Below are positions 1 to 9,796 of a stretch of 63,912 bases of DNA, one piece after another; the stretch's first letter is position 1; each line of letters starts with the position of its first letter. Source of the stretch: Thermoanaerobaculia bacterium (GTDB taxonomy: Bacteria > Acidobacteriota > Thermoanaerobaculia > UBA5066); contig JBBRRY010000022.1 in assembly GCA_038245905.1 (NCBI GenBank), positions 1 through 63,912 of the forward strand. Reading direction: 5' to 3'. The notes under the pieces were generated by a model. It made no database searches and was not told the origin of the DNA. It saw nothing but the letters and a program-made list of their open reading frames with translations. The position numbers were made by a program, and so were the translations under genes.

Positions 1-1
1 C

Positions 2-328
2 GAGCTCCTCGGGCGTCATCGTCACAACGAGGTCGGGCTGCTGCTCTCTGTCTCCACGCATCCCAACAAGGTGCTTCCGCACTTCGCTCTCTTCAAGACT
101 TCGAAAGCTAACTCATCCGACTTTTTCAGCAGCCTGCTAGCCACGCTAGACGAACGCGCGCAGCGGCTGGTCGTCCGGCACATCCTGGACGAGGTTCCGC
201 TGGTCAACCTTGCGGCAGATGTGGGCTACTCAATGAAGACGGTGGGAAAGAAGTATCGGCGCGCGATGGCGCGCCTGAGGCGCGCCGCCGGGGCGAGGCC
301 GACTCGGTCTGCCACCACGGCCCTTTGA
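2..328 (+). CDS. 5'-truncated protein ending in a sigma-70 region 4-like HTH
   Basis: The frame is open from position 2 to TGA at 326-328. LATLDERAQRLVVRHILDEVPLVNLAADVGYSMKTVGKKYRRAMARLR resembles a sigma region-4 HTH. Confidence 0.5.
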   Translation, partial: ELLGRHRHNEVGLLLSVSTHPNKVLPHFALFKTSKANSSDFFSSLLATLDERAQRLVVRHILDEVPLVNLAADVGYSMKTVGKKYRRAMARLRRAAGARPTRSATTAL

Positions 329-338
329 AAGGCGCGTT

Positions 339-1475
339 CTAACGCAGCGGATCTGCCACCGCTGCCCTCACCGCCGCGATGACCTCGTCCACCTGCGCGT
401 CCGTCATCGCGGGCCAGAGCGGGATCGTGATGGTGGAGTCGCCAATGAGCTCGGCCTTCGGGAACATGCCACGGCGGAAGCCGAAGCGTTCCCCGTAGAA
501 CTTCGTGAGGTGGACGGCGCGGTAGTTCACCGCGACGCCAACGCCGCGGGCCTGGATCCCGGCGAGAACGGAGTCCCGCCTCGCGGGATCGACCCAGATC
601 GTGAAGAGGTGCCGCCCCGACGTCATGCCCTCGGGCACGACGGGGAACGTGATGCCGGGCGTCTCCCGGAACGCCGCCTCGTACCGTCGGCAGATCTCCT
701 CGCGGCGCAAGAGCCGGTCCGCGAGCTTCGGGAGCTGCGGGAGGAGAAGCGCGGCATTCACGTCGGAAAGGTTGTACTTGTACCCGAGACGCTCCATGTC
801 CCAGTGCTCGTATTTTCCGGCATGGCGGTCGGCCGCGTTCTTCGACATGCCGTGCGAGCCGAGCTGCCGGAGGAGCGTTTTCTTCCCTGCGTCGCGCGCC
901 GTGATCGCGCCGCCTTCACCGCACGTGAGGTTCTTCGTCGCGTAGAAGCTGAAGCAGCCGTAGTCGGCGAGCTGCCCGGGCCCGAAGCCGTCGCGCCGCC
1001 CCTCGACACAGTGGGCGGCGTCTTCCACGAGAACGAGTGAGTGCCGGTTCGCGATGGCCCGGAGCGCCACCATGTCGGCCATGAGGCCGTACAGGTCGAC
1101 CGCGACGATGGCCCTCGTGCGCGGCGTAATCGCGGCCTCGACGGCCGCGGGATCGATGTTCGCGGTCGTGGGATCGACGTCGACGAAGACGGGCGTCCCG
1201 CCCGCGTACACGACGGCATTCGACGACGAGAGAAACGTCATCGGCGTCGTGACGACCTCGTCTCCCGGGCCGATGCCGGCCGCGAGCATCGCGAGATGCA
1301 GAGACGCCGTGGCGTGTGCCGTGCAGACGACCGCGGCAACACCGAGATAGTCCTCGAACGCGCTCTCGAACGCATAGACCTTCTGTCCCGTCGTCAGGAA
1401 GAGGGAATCGAGGACGCCGCGGACGGCCGCCTTCTCGTCCTCGCCGAGGGAGTGCCGATAGAAGTCGACGGCCAT
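339..1475 (-). CDS. DegT/DnrJ/EryC1/StrS family PLP-dependent sugar aminotransferase
   Basis: Motifs GPGDEVVTTPMTF, EDAAH and SFYATKNLTCGEGG (PLP lysine); 378 aa. Confidence 0.95.
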   Translation of the reverse strand: MAVDFYRHSLGEDEKAAVRGVLDSLFLTTGQKVYAFESAFEDYLGVAAVVCTAHATASLHLAMLAAGIGPGDEVVTTPMTFLSSSNAVVYAGGTPVFVDVDPTTANIDPAAVEAAITPRTRAIVAVDLYGLMADMVALRAIANRHSLVLVEDAAHCVEGRRDGFGPGQLADYGCFSFYATKNLTCGEGGAITARDAGKKTLLRQLGSHGMSKNAADRHAGKYEHWDMERLGYKYNLSDVNAALLLPQLPKLADRLLRREEICRRYEAAFRETPGITFPVVPEGMTSGRHLFTIWVDPARRDSVLAGIQARGVGVAVNYRAVHLTKFYGERFGFRRGMFPKAELIGDSTITIPLWPAMTDAQVDEVIAAVRAAVADPLR

Positions 1476-1482
1476 GCGGGCG

Positions 1483-2598
1483 TCAGCGCGTCACCGCGGG
1501 CGCCATCCCCGCGAAGGCGTCGAGCGTCTCTTTCACCGCGCGGGCGGCGTCCTTCGGTAGCCCGGAGCCCGCCCCCGGCCATTCGGCGACGATCGGCTGA
1601 AGCCCCTGCTGACGGAGGACCTCGATTCCCCGCCGGCCCGCCGCAAGTTCGGCCGGCGCGGCATCGCGCGAGAAACCCATGAAAAGCCGCGCTCCGCGGA
1701 GCCCGGCCGGATTCGGCGATGTCCCCGGGTCGAACGGCCCGCCGATCGACCCGACTCCCGCGAACGTGCCGGCCGGCTTTCGAGCAGCCACCCGGAAGAC
1801 CTCCGTCCCGCCGCGCCCGACTCCCACGATAAGGACGGGGAGCTTCTGGTCGCCGGCCTTTGCCCGGGCGGCGGCGACGGCCGCCTCGATCGCCTTTTCG
1901 GCGCGCTCGGCCGACCCCCAGCCGAAGCGCCTCCTCGCCGAGCGGCCGGGACCCCGCGGCGCCGCAACGACCATGTGGTGCGAAAGCGCGACGTCCGCGA
2001 ACGGTCCGCTCACCGTGAAGGGATCGGACTCCTTGTCGTGGAGAAGGAGCAGGACAGCGAGAGCCTTCTCTTTCGGCAAGAGGAAGACGCCCTCTTTCAC
2101 GACGGCGGCGTCCCCCGCGGCTCGGTTCTTCGCGGCGCCGGACACGATCGAGGCGAACCGCGGCTTGCCGCGGAGCGAACCGAGGTCGGGATCCTTCTCG
2201 AGCGAGACGCCGTCGTCGAAACCCGCCGCAATCGCCTTGTCGAGCTGTTGGAACGCGTGATCGGCGCGGCCCGTGCGCGCGTCGAGGCAGGCGAGGTTGT
2301 AGGCCGCCGAGGGAAGCTCGCCGCGCTTCCACGCCTGCTCGAAGAAGGCGCGGGCGCGGTCGAGCTGGTTCGCGTTCACGGCGGCGAGGCCGAGACGCTC
2401 GAGCTCGAAGGGGTCGGCCACGCCTCCCTCGAGGACGTGCACATCCTCGATTTTCGCCGGGGAGCCGCCCTTCGGAGCCGTACTTCCCGTGGTGACGAGG
2501 AGCCCCGGCGCGGTGGCGGGCGCGGGCTTGCGGGTCTGGCCGCCAGCGGGGAGCGAAAGGACAACGGAAACCGCAAGCACGGTGAGAACAGCTTTCAT
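1483..2598 (-). CDS. Secreted TPR protein with a degenerate alpha/beta-hydrolase-like C-terminal domain
   Basis: Signal peptide MKAVLTVLAVSVVLSLPAGG; TPR AAYNLACLDARTG...AIAAGF...DPDL; esterase-like LLLLH...VAAPRG...IVGVGRGG. The start was moved to ATG 2598, which has TACAAT 7 nt upstream. Confidence 0.7.
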   Translation of the reverse strand: MKAVLTVLAVSVVLSLPAGGQTRKPAPATAPGLLVTTGSTAPKGGSPAKIEDVHVLEGGVADPFELERLGLAAVNANQLDRARAFFEQAWKRGELPSAAYNLACLDARTGRADHAFQQLDKAIAAGFDDGVSLEKDPDLGSLRGKPRFASIVSGAAKNRAAGDAAVVKEGVFLLPKEKALAVLLLLHDKESDPFTVSGPFADVALSHHMVVAAPRGPGRSARRRFGWGSAERAEKAIEAAVAAARAKAGDQKLPVLIVGVGRGGTEVFRVAARKPAGTFAGVGSIGGPFDPGTSPNPAGLRGARLFMGFSRDAAPAELAAGRRGIEVLRQQGLQPIVAEWPGAGSGLPKDAARAVKETLDAFAGMAPAVTR

Positions 2599-2638
2599 CG
2601 GGACGATTGTACGGCCCGTCGACCTCGAGGAGGCGCCG

Positions 2639-4162
2639 TCAGGACGGCCGGTGCAGCTTCGCGGCGAATCCCCGCCGATAGAGGAGCCGCATCGCCACAC
2701 GCAGAACAGCGAGCACGCGCGGGTCGTACGGGAACGCGAGTCTCTTCGAAAGGAAGCGATCCACGGGCGCGAGAAGAGGGCGCCGCATCGTGATCGCCTC
2801 GACGCGGGTCCATTGTCTCAGCCCCTCGATTCCGTGACGGACGCCGAGACCGCTCGCGCGCCATCCGCCGAGAGGAGACTCCACGACGAAGTAGTTGACG
2901 AGGGCGTCGTTCACGATCGCCTGGCCGGAATGCAGGCGGCGCGCGAAGGCCTCGGCCTCGGCGGGCGGTCCGAAGACCGTCGCGTTGAGTCCGAGATGCG
3001 TGTCGTTCGCGAGGTGGAGCGCCTCGGCGTTCTCCCAGAAGCGCATGACGGGAACGAGGGGGCCGAACGTCTCTTCGCGCATGACCTCCATATCGTGTGT
3101 CGCGCCCGACAGGACCGTGGGCTCGAAAAAGAGGCCGGGGCCGCTCCCCCGCCGCGTACCGCCGACGAGAACACGCGCGCCTTTCGCAACGGCATCGGCG
3201 ATCTGCCGTTCGACGACCTCGATCTGGCGCACGAACGTCACCGAGCCGAGGTCGTGAGCGCCCCCGGTCGGATCCGGCGGGCCCTGGCGAAGCGCCGCCA
3301 CGCGGGACACGAGGAGCTGCTCGAAGCGGTCCGCGACCGAGGCGTGCACGTATATGCGCTCCGTCCGGATGCACACCTGGCCCGAATGGATGAAGCTCGA
3401 CCACGCGGCCGCCTCGGCCGCCCGTTCGAGATTCGCGCCGGGGAGGACGACGAACGGCGACTTGCCGCCCAGCTCGGTCACGCACGGGACCAGCCGCTCG
3501 CCGCAGCGCGCGGCGATCTTCCGGCCCGTCGCCACGGAGCCCGTGAACATGACCGCGTCCGCGAGATCGACGAGCGCGGCTCCCGCTGCGCCACGGCCCG
3601 TAACGACCTGGAAGACGTCCGGTGGATTTCCCGCTTTCAACCAGAGGTCGCGCAGCACGCAAGACGTCAAGGGCGTGATCTCGGACGGCTTCAGAACAAC
3701 CGCGTTGCCCGCGAGAAGCGGCGCGACGGCGTCGGCCGCGTTGTTCAGGATCGGAAAGTTCCACGGCCCGATGACGCCCACGACTCCGAGCGGATGCCTC
3801 ACGAGGCGGGTCTTCTTCGTGAGGAAGAGAAGCGGGTTCCGGGTCTCTTCGGCAAAGGCCCGGCGCGAAAGACGCGCCATCGCCCGGATGAGCTCGCACA
3901 GATAGAGGACCTCGAGCCCCTCGGCCTCGTGACGCGGCTTGCCGCTCTCGCGGACGAGCGTCTCGGGCACGAGGGGCGTGTCGAGGACGAGGTCCCGCCA
4001 CTTCAGGAGCGCCTCGACGCGCTCTCCGAGCTCGAGCGCGGCCCACGCCGGAGCCGCCGCGCGGGCGCGCGCGACCGCCTCGCCGACCGCCGCCGCGTCG
4101 AGATCGGGAACCTCGCCCAGGAGCTCGCCGGTCGCGGGAGAGTGGATCTGGATCACGGGCAC
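2639..4162 (-). CDS. Aldehyde dehydrogenase family protein
   Basis: PWNFP, KPSE, FTGS, ELGGKSP (catalytic Glu), GQVC (catalytic Cys), EETFGP. The true start may be GTG 4156. Confidence 0.95.
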   Translation of the reverse strand: MPVIQIHSPATGELLGEVPDLDAAAVGEAVARARAAAPAWAALELGERVEALLKWRDLVLDTPLVPETLVRESGKPRHEAEGLEVLYLCELIRAMARLSRRAFAEETRNPLLFLTKKTRLVRHPLGVVGVIGPWNFPILNNAADAVAPLLAGNAVVLKPSEITPLTSCVLRDLWLKAGNPPDVFQVVTGRGAAGAALVDLADAVMFTGSVATGRKIAARCGERLVPCVTELGGKSPFVVLPGANLERAAEAAAWSSFIHSGQVCIRTERIYVHASVADRFEQLLVSRVAALRQGPPDPTGGAHDLGSVTFVRQIEVVERQIADAVAKGARVLVGGTRRGSGPGLFFEPTVLSGATHDMEVMREETFGPLVPVMRFWENAEALHLANDTHLGLNATVFGPPAEAEAFARRLHSGQAIVNDALVNYFVVESPLGGWRASGLGVRHGIEGLRQWTRVEAITMRRPLLAPVDRFLSKRLAFPYDPRVLAVLRVAMRLLYRRGFAAKLHRPS

Positions 4163-4219
4163 ATCCTACTCGCGGGAGGACGCGGCCGCGCGCCTCCTCC
4201 TACCCTGCGCAAGGGCGCG

Positions 4220-6124
4220 TCAACGCTCCCGCTCCCGGGCCTGAGCGGCTCGCAGCGTCGCGGGCCACTGCACGAGCGGCAAGGACGAAAGACGCGCGTA
4301 CTCCGGCCGCCCCCCGGCGTGCAAGACCTGCCCGAGGATCTCGCGCGCGAGAGCCTCGTTCCCCGCGTCACGTGCCGCGAGAGCGAGCACGAGGCCGAGG
4401 TCCGGCGTGGTCCGCTGCACGGCGGGCAGCGCCCTGATGAAATCCCCGAACGCCTCGCGCCGGCCCGCGATGCGGTAGCCCTCGGCGAGAGCCGTAACTG
4501 TTTGCGGCGAGGGGACGCGCCGGTAGAGCTCCTCGCCAAACCGGATCGCCCGGTCGCCGCGGCGCATGTCCTGGGCACGGAGAGCCTGGTCGTAGAGGCA
4601 GTCGACGAAGGAAAGGACGGTGTCCGTCTGGCCGGCGCTGCGCGTCAACGACATGCCGAGATGAGGCCAGCGAAACGCGGACGTCAGAAAGACGAGCGCG
4701 CTCGGCGGAATCGCCGCCTCCGGCGTCGCGCCCGTCTCCTGTCCCGGTACGTCCGTTCGCCACGGCGGCGTCCGCAAGGCCGTGAGGACGTCGCCCCCGG
4801 CGAGCCGCTTCCCAAGGAGCCATGCGTTCACCCGGAGCGGTGAGAGCGCCGCATGGTTCGCGACGTCGTGGATCGACAGCAGCCTCGCGCCGCCCGCCGT
4901 GTCGGCCTCGGTCGCGAACGCCGGGAACGTCCGCGCTTCGCTCGCCGTCAGCGTGCGCGGCTTGACGGTCGCGTAGTACCACGTGAGGACAGCGTCGGGC
5001 TGAAGAGCACCGAGGGCGTTGACGGCGACGCCGAGGGCGAAGAGGACCGTGAACGCGGCCGCCGGAAATGCCGGCGCTGCCATCGCCGCGGCCGCGGCGA
5101 GGAGCGGAATCAGCGGCACGAGGAGCCGGGGGCCCCAACCGGCCGTGCCGTCCCACGACCACCATGCCGCCGTCGTGAGGAGCAGGAAGGCCGAGAAGCC
5201 CGCGAGGGCAAGGCCGAGGGCGCGGCGCTCCTTCGTGACGCGCGCGAAGCCCCACGCCCCGAGGAGCGCGAGCGGGAAGTAGAGGAGAAGGCCCTTGTTC
5301 GCCCCCACCGTCAGACGCCAGAGACCGTCGAGCGCGGAGTGGCTGAAGCGCTCCCCGCCGTAGGAGGCGAAGGGCCTGCCGAAGCGCGCAATCTCGAACG
5401 CGAGCCAGAGCGCGGCGAGCGGTGCGGCCCCACCCAGGAACGCGAAGGCCCGCACGGCGCGCTTCTCGCGCGGCGCCTCCAGGAGAAGGACGGCGAGGAC
5501 GAGAGGCAGGAGGACGACGAAAACGGACTTCGAGAGAAGCGCCAGGCCCGCGAGCGCCCCGGCCCCCGCCGCGAGGGCAACCGGGCGCCGCGCGCCCGCG
5601 CTGCCCGCGAGCGCCCCGCACGCGAACGCGCCCCCGACGCAGGCGGCCTGGAGCGGCTCGGACCAATCCGACGACACATAGGCCCACAGCGGCGAGGCGA
5701 GCGCCGTCGCGAGCACGGCATGCCGGACGCCCTTCGCCGCCGCCCCGCAGGCGCGGGCCAGCCAGCCGGCCGCGAGGGCCGCGAGAAGGACGAGAAGGAT
5801 CTGCTCCAGGACGAAGAGCGTCTGCGACGCCCCGGTCCCGAAGGCGTCCTCGAAGGCGCCCGCGACGGCCGCGACCGGCGCCCGGACGAACGAAGGCCCC
5901 ATCCCGTAGCGGGTCACGGCGTCGCCCGCGGGTCTCAGGATGTCGACCGGATGGCCGATCGCGATGCCGATTTCGCCGAGAGAGGACATCGCATACGCGG
6001 TGCGCGTCATGATCTGCCCGTCCGTGACGAGGCCGAAAACGCGCTCGTCGGCCGTGAGGGCGAGGACGAGGGCCGAGAGGCCGAGCGCGAAGAGGAAGGG
6101 GCGGCGTTCGGCGAACCGGGCCAT
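4220..6124 (-). CDS. Multi-pass membrane protein, probable GT-C-type glycosyltransferase, with TPR-like C-terminus
   Basis: More than 10 hydrophobic segments, SPLWAY..SDWSEP, GLLLYFP and WWSWDG..GWGPRLLVP patterns. Confidence 0.6.
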   Translation of the reverse strand: MARFAERRPFLFALGLSALVLALTADERVFGLVTDGQIMTRTAYAMSSLGEIGIAIGHPVDILRPAGDAVTRYGMGPSFVRAPVAAVAGAFEDAFGTGASQTLFVLEQILLVLLAALAAGWLARACGAAAKGVRHAVLATALASPLWAYVSSDWSEPLQAACVGGAFACGALAGSAGARRPVALAAGAGALAGLALLSKSVFVVLLPLVLAVLLLEAPREKRAVRAFAFLGGAAPLAALWLAFEIARFGRPFASYGGERFSHSALDGLWRLTVGANKGLLLYFPLALLGAWGFARVTKERRALGLALAGFSAFLLLTTAAWWSWDGTAGWGPRLLVPLIPLLAAAAAMAAPAFPAAAFTVLFALGVAVNALGALQPDAVLTWYYATVKPRTLTASEARTFPAFATEADTAGGARLLSIHDVANHAALSPLRVNAWLLGKRLAGGDVLTALRTPPWRTDVPGQETGATPEAAIPPSALVFLTSAFRWPHLGMSLTRSAGQTDTVLSFVDCLYDQALRAQDMRRGDRAIRFGEELYRRVPSPQTVTALAEGYRIAGRREAFGDFIRALPAVQRTTPDLGLVLALAARDAGNEALAREILGQVLHAGGRPEYARLSSLPLVQWPATLRAAQARERER

Positions 6125-6130
6125 GGGGTG

Positions 6131-8140
6131 CTAGATCGTCACCTGGATCGGGAGGATGACCGTCTGGAGCCCCTCGAACTGGAGACGGCGCTGCACCGCG
6201 AACGGGGTCTGGTTGTGCAGAAATCGGTTCGCGAGGTTCTCGTTCGGGAAGATGAGCTTCGACGTGAAGAAAACCGGGCGGTCGTAGCGTTCCTTCACCC
6301 TCTGGCAGAGCTCGACGATCTCGTCGAGCAGGTCCGTGCCGATGGCCGAATCCTGCTCGGCGTGCATTCCGAGGCCCTCGGCGAACTCGACGTACCGGTC
6401 GAGATCCTGCTCCGTCTCCTTCTTGAGGTTCTCGACCTCGCTCGCGCCCTTGAACTTGGCCGAATCGAGGACGCCCACCGACAGGAAGACGGCGTTCGTG
6501 AAGTAACGCGGGAAGTATTTCTGGACCTGGAGGAGCGAGTGGATGCCGAGCCCGTTGAAGCCCGAGACGAGGAAGACGGCCGTCGGCGTGTTGCGCGGAA
6601 CGGGCGCGCCGGCCTTCCTCGTGAAGCCCGAATCGCCCGGCTTCGACTTGGGCAGCGTCGTCAGGACGTCGTCCACGCGTTTCATGAGGAGACGGACCGA
6701 ATTGTAGTGCCGCCGTATGGCGAGGCACAGGGCCACAACCGCGCCCGTGATGACGACCGTCATCCACGCGCCCTCGCGGAATTTCAGCGCCGTCGAGACG
6801 ATCAGGATCGTCACGGAGATGAAAAGACCGGCTCCGTTCACGGCGAAGCGCCGTCCCCAGCTGCTCTCCGATTTCCGTACCTTCCACCAGTGCACGCACA
6901 TGCCGAGCTGGGAGAGCGTGAACGTCAGGAAGACGTTGATCGAATACATGAGGACGAGGACGTGGATCGAACCGCGAGCGTAGACGAGCATCCCGATCGC
7001 GGCGGCTCCCATCAGGATCACGCCGTTCTGCGTGACGAGACGCTCCGAAAGGAGGCTGAAGCGGTGCGGCACCCACGAGTCGATCGCCATGTTCGCGAGG
7101 ACGCGCGGGCCCGCCAGGAAGCTCGACTGAGCGGCGACGAAAAGAAGCAGGCCCTCGGAGACGAGGAGCACGAACACGAACGCGGCCGAGACGCCGCCCG
7201 TACCGAACAGCTCGCTCGAGAGGATGTGATACAGCGCGGCATTCAGCGTCGCGCCCTCGGCCTTCCGCACGTTCGCGAGGAGGTAACACAGGATCAGGCC
7301 TCCCGCCATGAACGAAAGGGAGACGGCCATGTACAGCATCGTCCGCTTCCCCGTCTTGACCCGCGGCTCGCGCAGGATCTGCAAGCCGTTCGAGACCGCC
7401 TCGATCCCCGTGTACGTTCCTCCGCCGAGGGAGAACGCCTTCAGGAGAAGCATGATCGTGCCCCACGCGCCCAGCTCCATCCACGTGGACCTCGTTTCGT
7501 GCACGGTCTGCGCGACGAGCTCCGGGACCGCCCCGACGTGGCGGAACATGCCGAAGAGCACGATCCCGACGTGCGAGACGAGGAACGCGAGAAAGATCGG
7601 GAGCAGCACCTGGATCGACTCTCGAACACCACGCAGATTCAGGAACACGAGCACGACGACGGAGATCAACGCGTAGACGAGCTGGCGGGAGGGAGAGACC
7701 TCGCCGAAAAAAGAACAGAGCGCCGCGATGCCCGCGGCGCAGGATGTCGAGATCGTGAGGACGTAGTCGATGAGGAGCGCGGCGCCCGAAACGAGCCCGG
7801 CCTTCTCGCCGAGAAGGTGCGTCGCGACGAGGTAGCCGCCGCCTCCGGACGGGAACAGCTCGATGAGCTGGGCATAGGACGCGGAGATCAGGACGACCGT
7901 GAGCGCCGTTGCAACCGCGAGGAACACGGCGAGGTGCGTATGCGTCCCGAGGGCGAGGAACGCCTCTTCGGGGCCGTACGCCGAGGACGACAGCCCGTCC
8001 GCTCCCAGGCCGACCCATGCGAGGAAGGCGACCAGGGACATCTGATGGAAAATCTGCGGATCGAGTGGGTCGCGGCTCTTCCCGAGAAAAAACCGCTTGG
8101 TGAGTTCCCGAAACGGCACGACCCCTACGAGTATATCCAA
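6131..8140 (-). CDS. APC-superfamily permease with cytoplasmic C-terminal domain (KimA-like)
   Basis: GADGLSSSAYGPEE, FPSGGGGYLVA, GGGTYTGIEAVSNG, about 12 TM segments. The start may be GTG 8119. Confidence 0.85.
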   Translation of the reverse strand: MDILVGVVPFRELTKRFFLGKSRDPLDPQIFHQMSLVAFLAWVGLGADGLSSSAYGPEEAFLALGTHTHLAVFLAVATALTVVLISASYAQLIELFPSGGGGYLVATHLLGEKAGLVSGAALLIDYVLTISTSCAAGIAALCSFFGEVSPSRQLVYALISVVVLVFLNLRGVRESIQVLLPIFLAFLVSHVGIVLFGMFRHVGAVPELVAQTVHETRSTWMELGAWGTIMLLLKAFSLGGGTYTGIEAVSNGLQILREPRVKTGKRTMLYMAVSLSFMAGGLILCYLLANVRKAEGATLNAALYHILSSELFGTGGVSAAFVFVLLVSEGLLLFVAAQSSFLAGPRVLANMAIDSWVPHRFSLLSERLVTQNGVILMGAAAIGMLVYARGSIHVLVLMYSINVFLTFTLSQLGMCVHWWKVRKSESSWGRRFAVNGAGLFISVTILIVSTALKFREGAWMTVVITGAVVALCLAIRRHYNSVRLLMKRVDDVLTTLPKSKPGDSGFTRKAGAPVPRNTPTAVFLVSGFNGLGIHSLLQVQKYFPRYFTNAVFLSVGVLDSAKFKGASEVENLKKETEQDLDRYVEFAEGLGMHAEQDSAIGTDLLDEIVELCQRVKERYDRPVFFTSKLIFPNENLANRFLHNQTPFAVQRRLQFEGLQTVILPIQVTI

Positions 8141-8179
8141 CCCGCCGGAAAGTCATCGGGACAGCTACAATCGACCCGG

Positions 8180-9778
8180 ATGACCGTCCCCGCGGGAAAA
8201 TTCTCCGACCACCTGTCCGACGTTTACTTCACCGACCTGAAGCTCCCGCACTCCGTGAGCGCGGGCATCGCGGGCTGCGGTTTCATCCGGGCGACGCCCA
8301 TCCAGGCGGCGACGCTGCCCATCCTCCTCGCCGGGCAGGACGTCGCCGCCCAGGCCCAGACCGGCACCGGTAAGACCGCCGCCTACCTGATCGCGATCTT
8401 CGCGCGCTTCGTGCGGACGAAGCGACACAAAGCGTCGCCGAACCCGCGCGCCCTAATCGTGGCGCCGACGCGCGAGCTGGCCGTGCAGATCCAGGAGGAC
8501 GCCAAGGCGCTCGGACACTTCCTCAAGCCCCGCATCGTGACGGTCTTCGGCGGAATCGACTACGGGCGCCAGCGCGACCAGCTGCGCGCGGGCTGCGACC
8601 TCCTGATCGGAACACCCGGGAGGCTCCTCGATTACGAGCAGCAGGGCGCGACGTCGTTCGGCGAGGTGGAATCGCTCGTCGTGGACGAGGCGGACCGTCT
8701 CTTCGACCTCGGTTTCATCAAGGACCTCCGGCGCATCCTGCGCCGCTGCCCGCCGCCCGGCCGCCGACACTCGATGCTCTTCTCCGCCACGCTCTCTCTG
8801 CGCGTCATGGAGCTCGCGTACGAGCACCTCAACGACGCACGCAAAATCGAGATCCGACCCGAGCAGATCACGGCCGACCGCGTCACACAGGTTCTCTACC
8901 ACGTCTCTCAGCGCGAGAAAATCCCGCTTCTCCTCAACCTCCTGCGCCGGGAGGGCGTCGAGCGCACGATGCTCTTCGTGAACACGAAGCGGTTCGCGGA
9001 GCGCCTCGTCTCGAACCTCGAAAGGCACGGTTTCAAGATCGGCGCGCTCACGGGGGACATCCCGCAGCCGCGGCGCCTCAAGATCCTCCAGGACTTCAAG
9101 AGCGGAGTCCTTCCCCTCCTCGTGGCGACGGACGTCGCGTCGCGGGGGCTCCACATCGACGGCGTCACGCACGTCATCAACGTCGACCTTCCCCAGGATC
9201 CCGAGGACTACGTCCACCGGATCGGGCGCACCGCGCGCGCCGGGCAGGCCGGAAAGGCGATCTCGCTCGCGGACGAGGACTATGTGTTCTCGCTCGACGC
9301 GATCCAGCGCCTCATCGGCATGAAAATCCCGGTGGAACATCCGGACGACGCCCTCTTCACGCAGCCGAAGCCAGAGAAAGAACCGAAGATTTCTTTGAAG
9401 GTGAAGAGGGACGAGCCGGAGCCTGTCGCGGCGGCCGCGCCGCTGGAGACGGTGGAACGGCGTCCGCCTCCCCCGCCACCCGAGCGTCCCTCTCCGCGCG
9501 AGGCCGTCGTCACGGCCCCGCCCCCTTTCGAAGAAATTCCGTCTCCGGTCTCGACCTTCGAAGGAATCCCCGCATCCGAATTCTCCGAATCCCCTGCCCT
9601 TCCCGCGGACTTCTGGACGCGCGAGGCGTTCGGTCTCGCGGTGCCGATGGGAGGATTCGGGGACGAGCCCGCCGAGCCTCCGCCTCCGCCCGCCGAGCCC
9701 GGCGGCGCGCCGAAGCGCCGCAGGCGGCGCCGGGGGCGGCGCGTCGCGCCCCGGGTCGAGGCGAGCGCCCCGGCTTGA
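8180..9778 (+). CDS. rhlB: DEAD-box RNA helicase (RhlB-like) with a Pro/Arg-rich C-terminal tail
   Basis: Q motif TPIQ, AQTGTGKT, PTRELA, DEAD, SAT, TDVASRGLHI and HRIGRTAR. The start is ATG 8180 inside the 1641-aa shadow ORF. Confidence 0.9.
   Translation: MTVPAGKFSDHLSDVYFTDLKLPHSVSAGIAGCGFIRATPIQAATLPILLAGQDVAAQAQTGTGKTAAYLIAIFARFVRTKRHKASPNPRALIVAPTRELAVQIQEDAKALGHFLKPRIVTVFGGIDYGRQRDQLRAGCDLLIGTPGRLLDYEQQGATSFGEVESLVVDEADRLFDLGFIKDLRRILRRCPPPGRRHSMLFSATLSLRVMELAYEHLNDARKIEIRPEQITADRVTQVLYHVSQREKIPLLLNLLRREGVERTMLFVNTKRFAERLVSNLERHGFKIGALTGDIPQPRRLKILQDFKSGVLPLLVATDVASRGLHIDGVTHVINVDLPQDPEDYVHRIGRTARAGQAGKAISLADEDYVFSLDAIQRLIGMKIPVEHPDDALFTQPKPEKEPKISLKVKRDEPEPVAAAAPLETVERRPPPPPPERPSPREAVVTAPPPFEEIPSPVSTFEGIPASEFSESPALPADFWTREAFGLAVPMGGFGDEPAEPPPPPAEPGGAPKRRRRRRGRRVAPRVEASAPA
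9385..9405 (+). repeat. Dispersed motif GAAGATTTCTTTGAAGGTGAA, copy in rhlB
   Basis: Identical 21-mer at 19989-20009. Confidence 0.85.
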
Positions 9779-9796
9779 TCGCGTCGTTCCCGGTTC

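Noticed and set aside
4368-8156. 1262-aa minus-strand ORF, and similar long ORFs at 27572-30667, 41208-44441 and 2489-4843
   Set aside because: Alternative-frame or antisense ORFs expected in high-GC DNA; they have no motifs and overlap clear genes.
4853-8179. N-terminal part of the 1641-aa ORF
   Set aside because: Antisense shadow of two real minus-strand genes; only the helicase from 8180 is credible.
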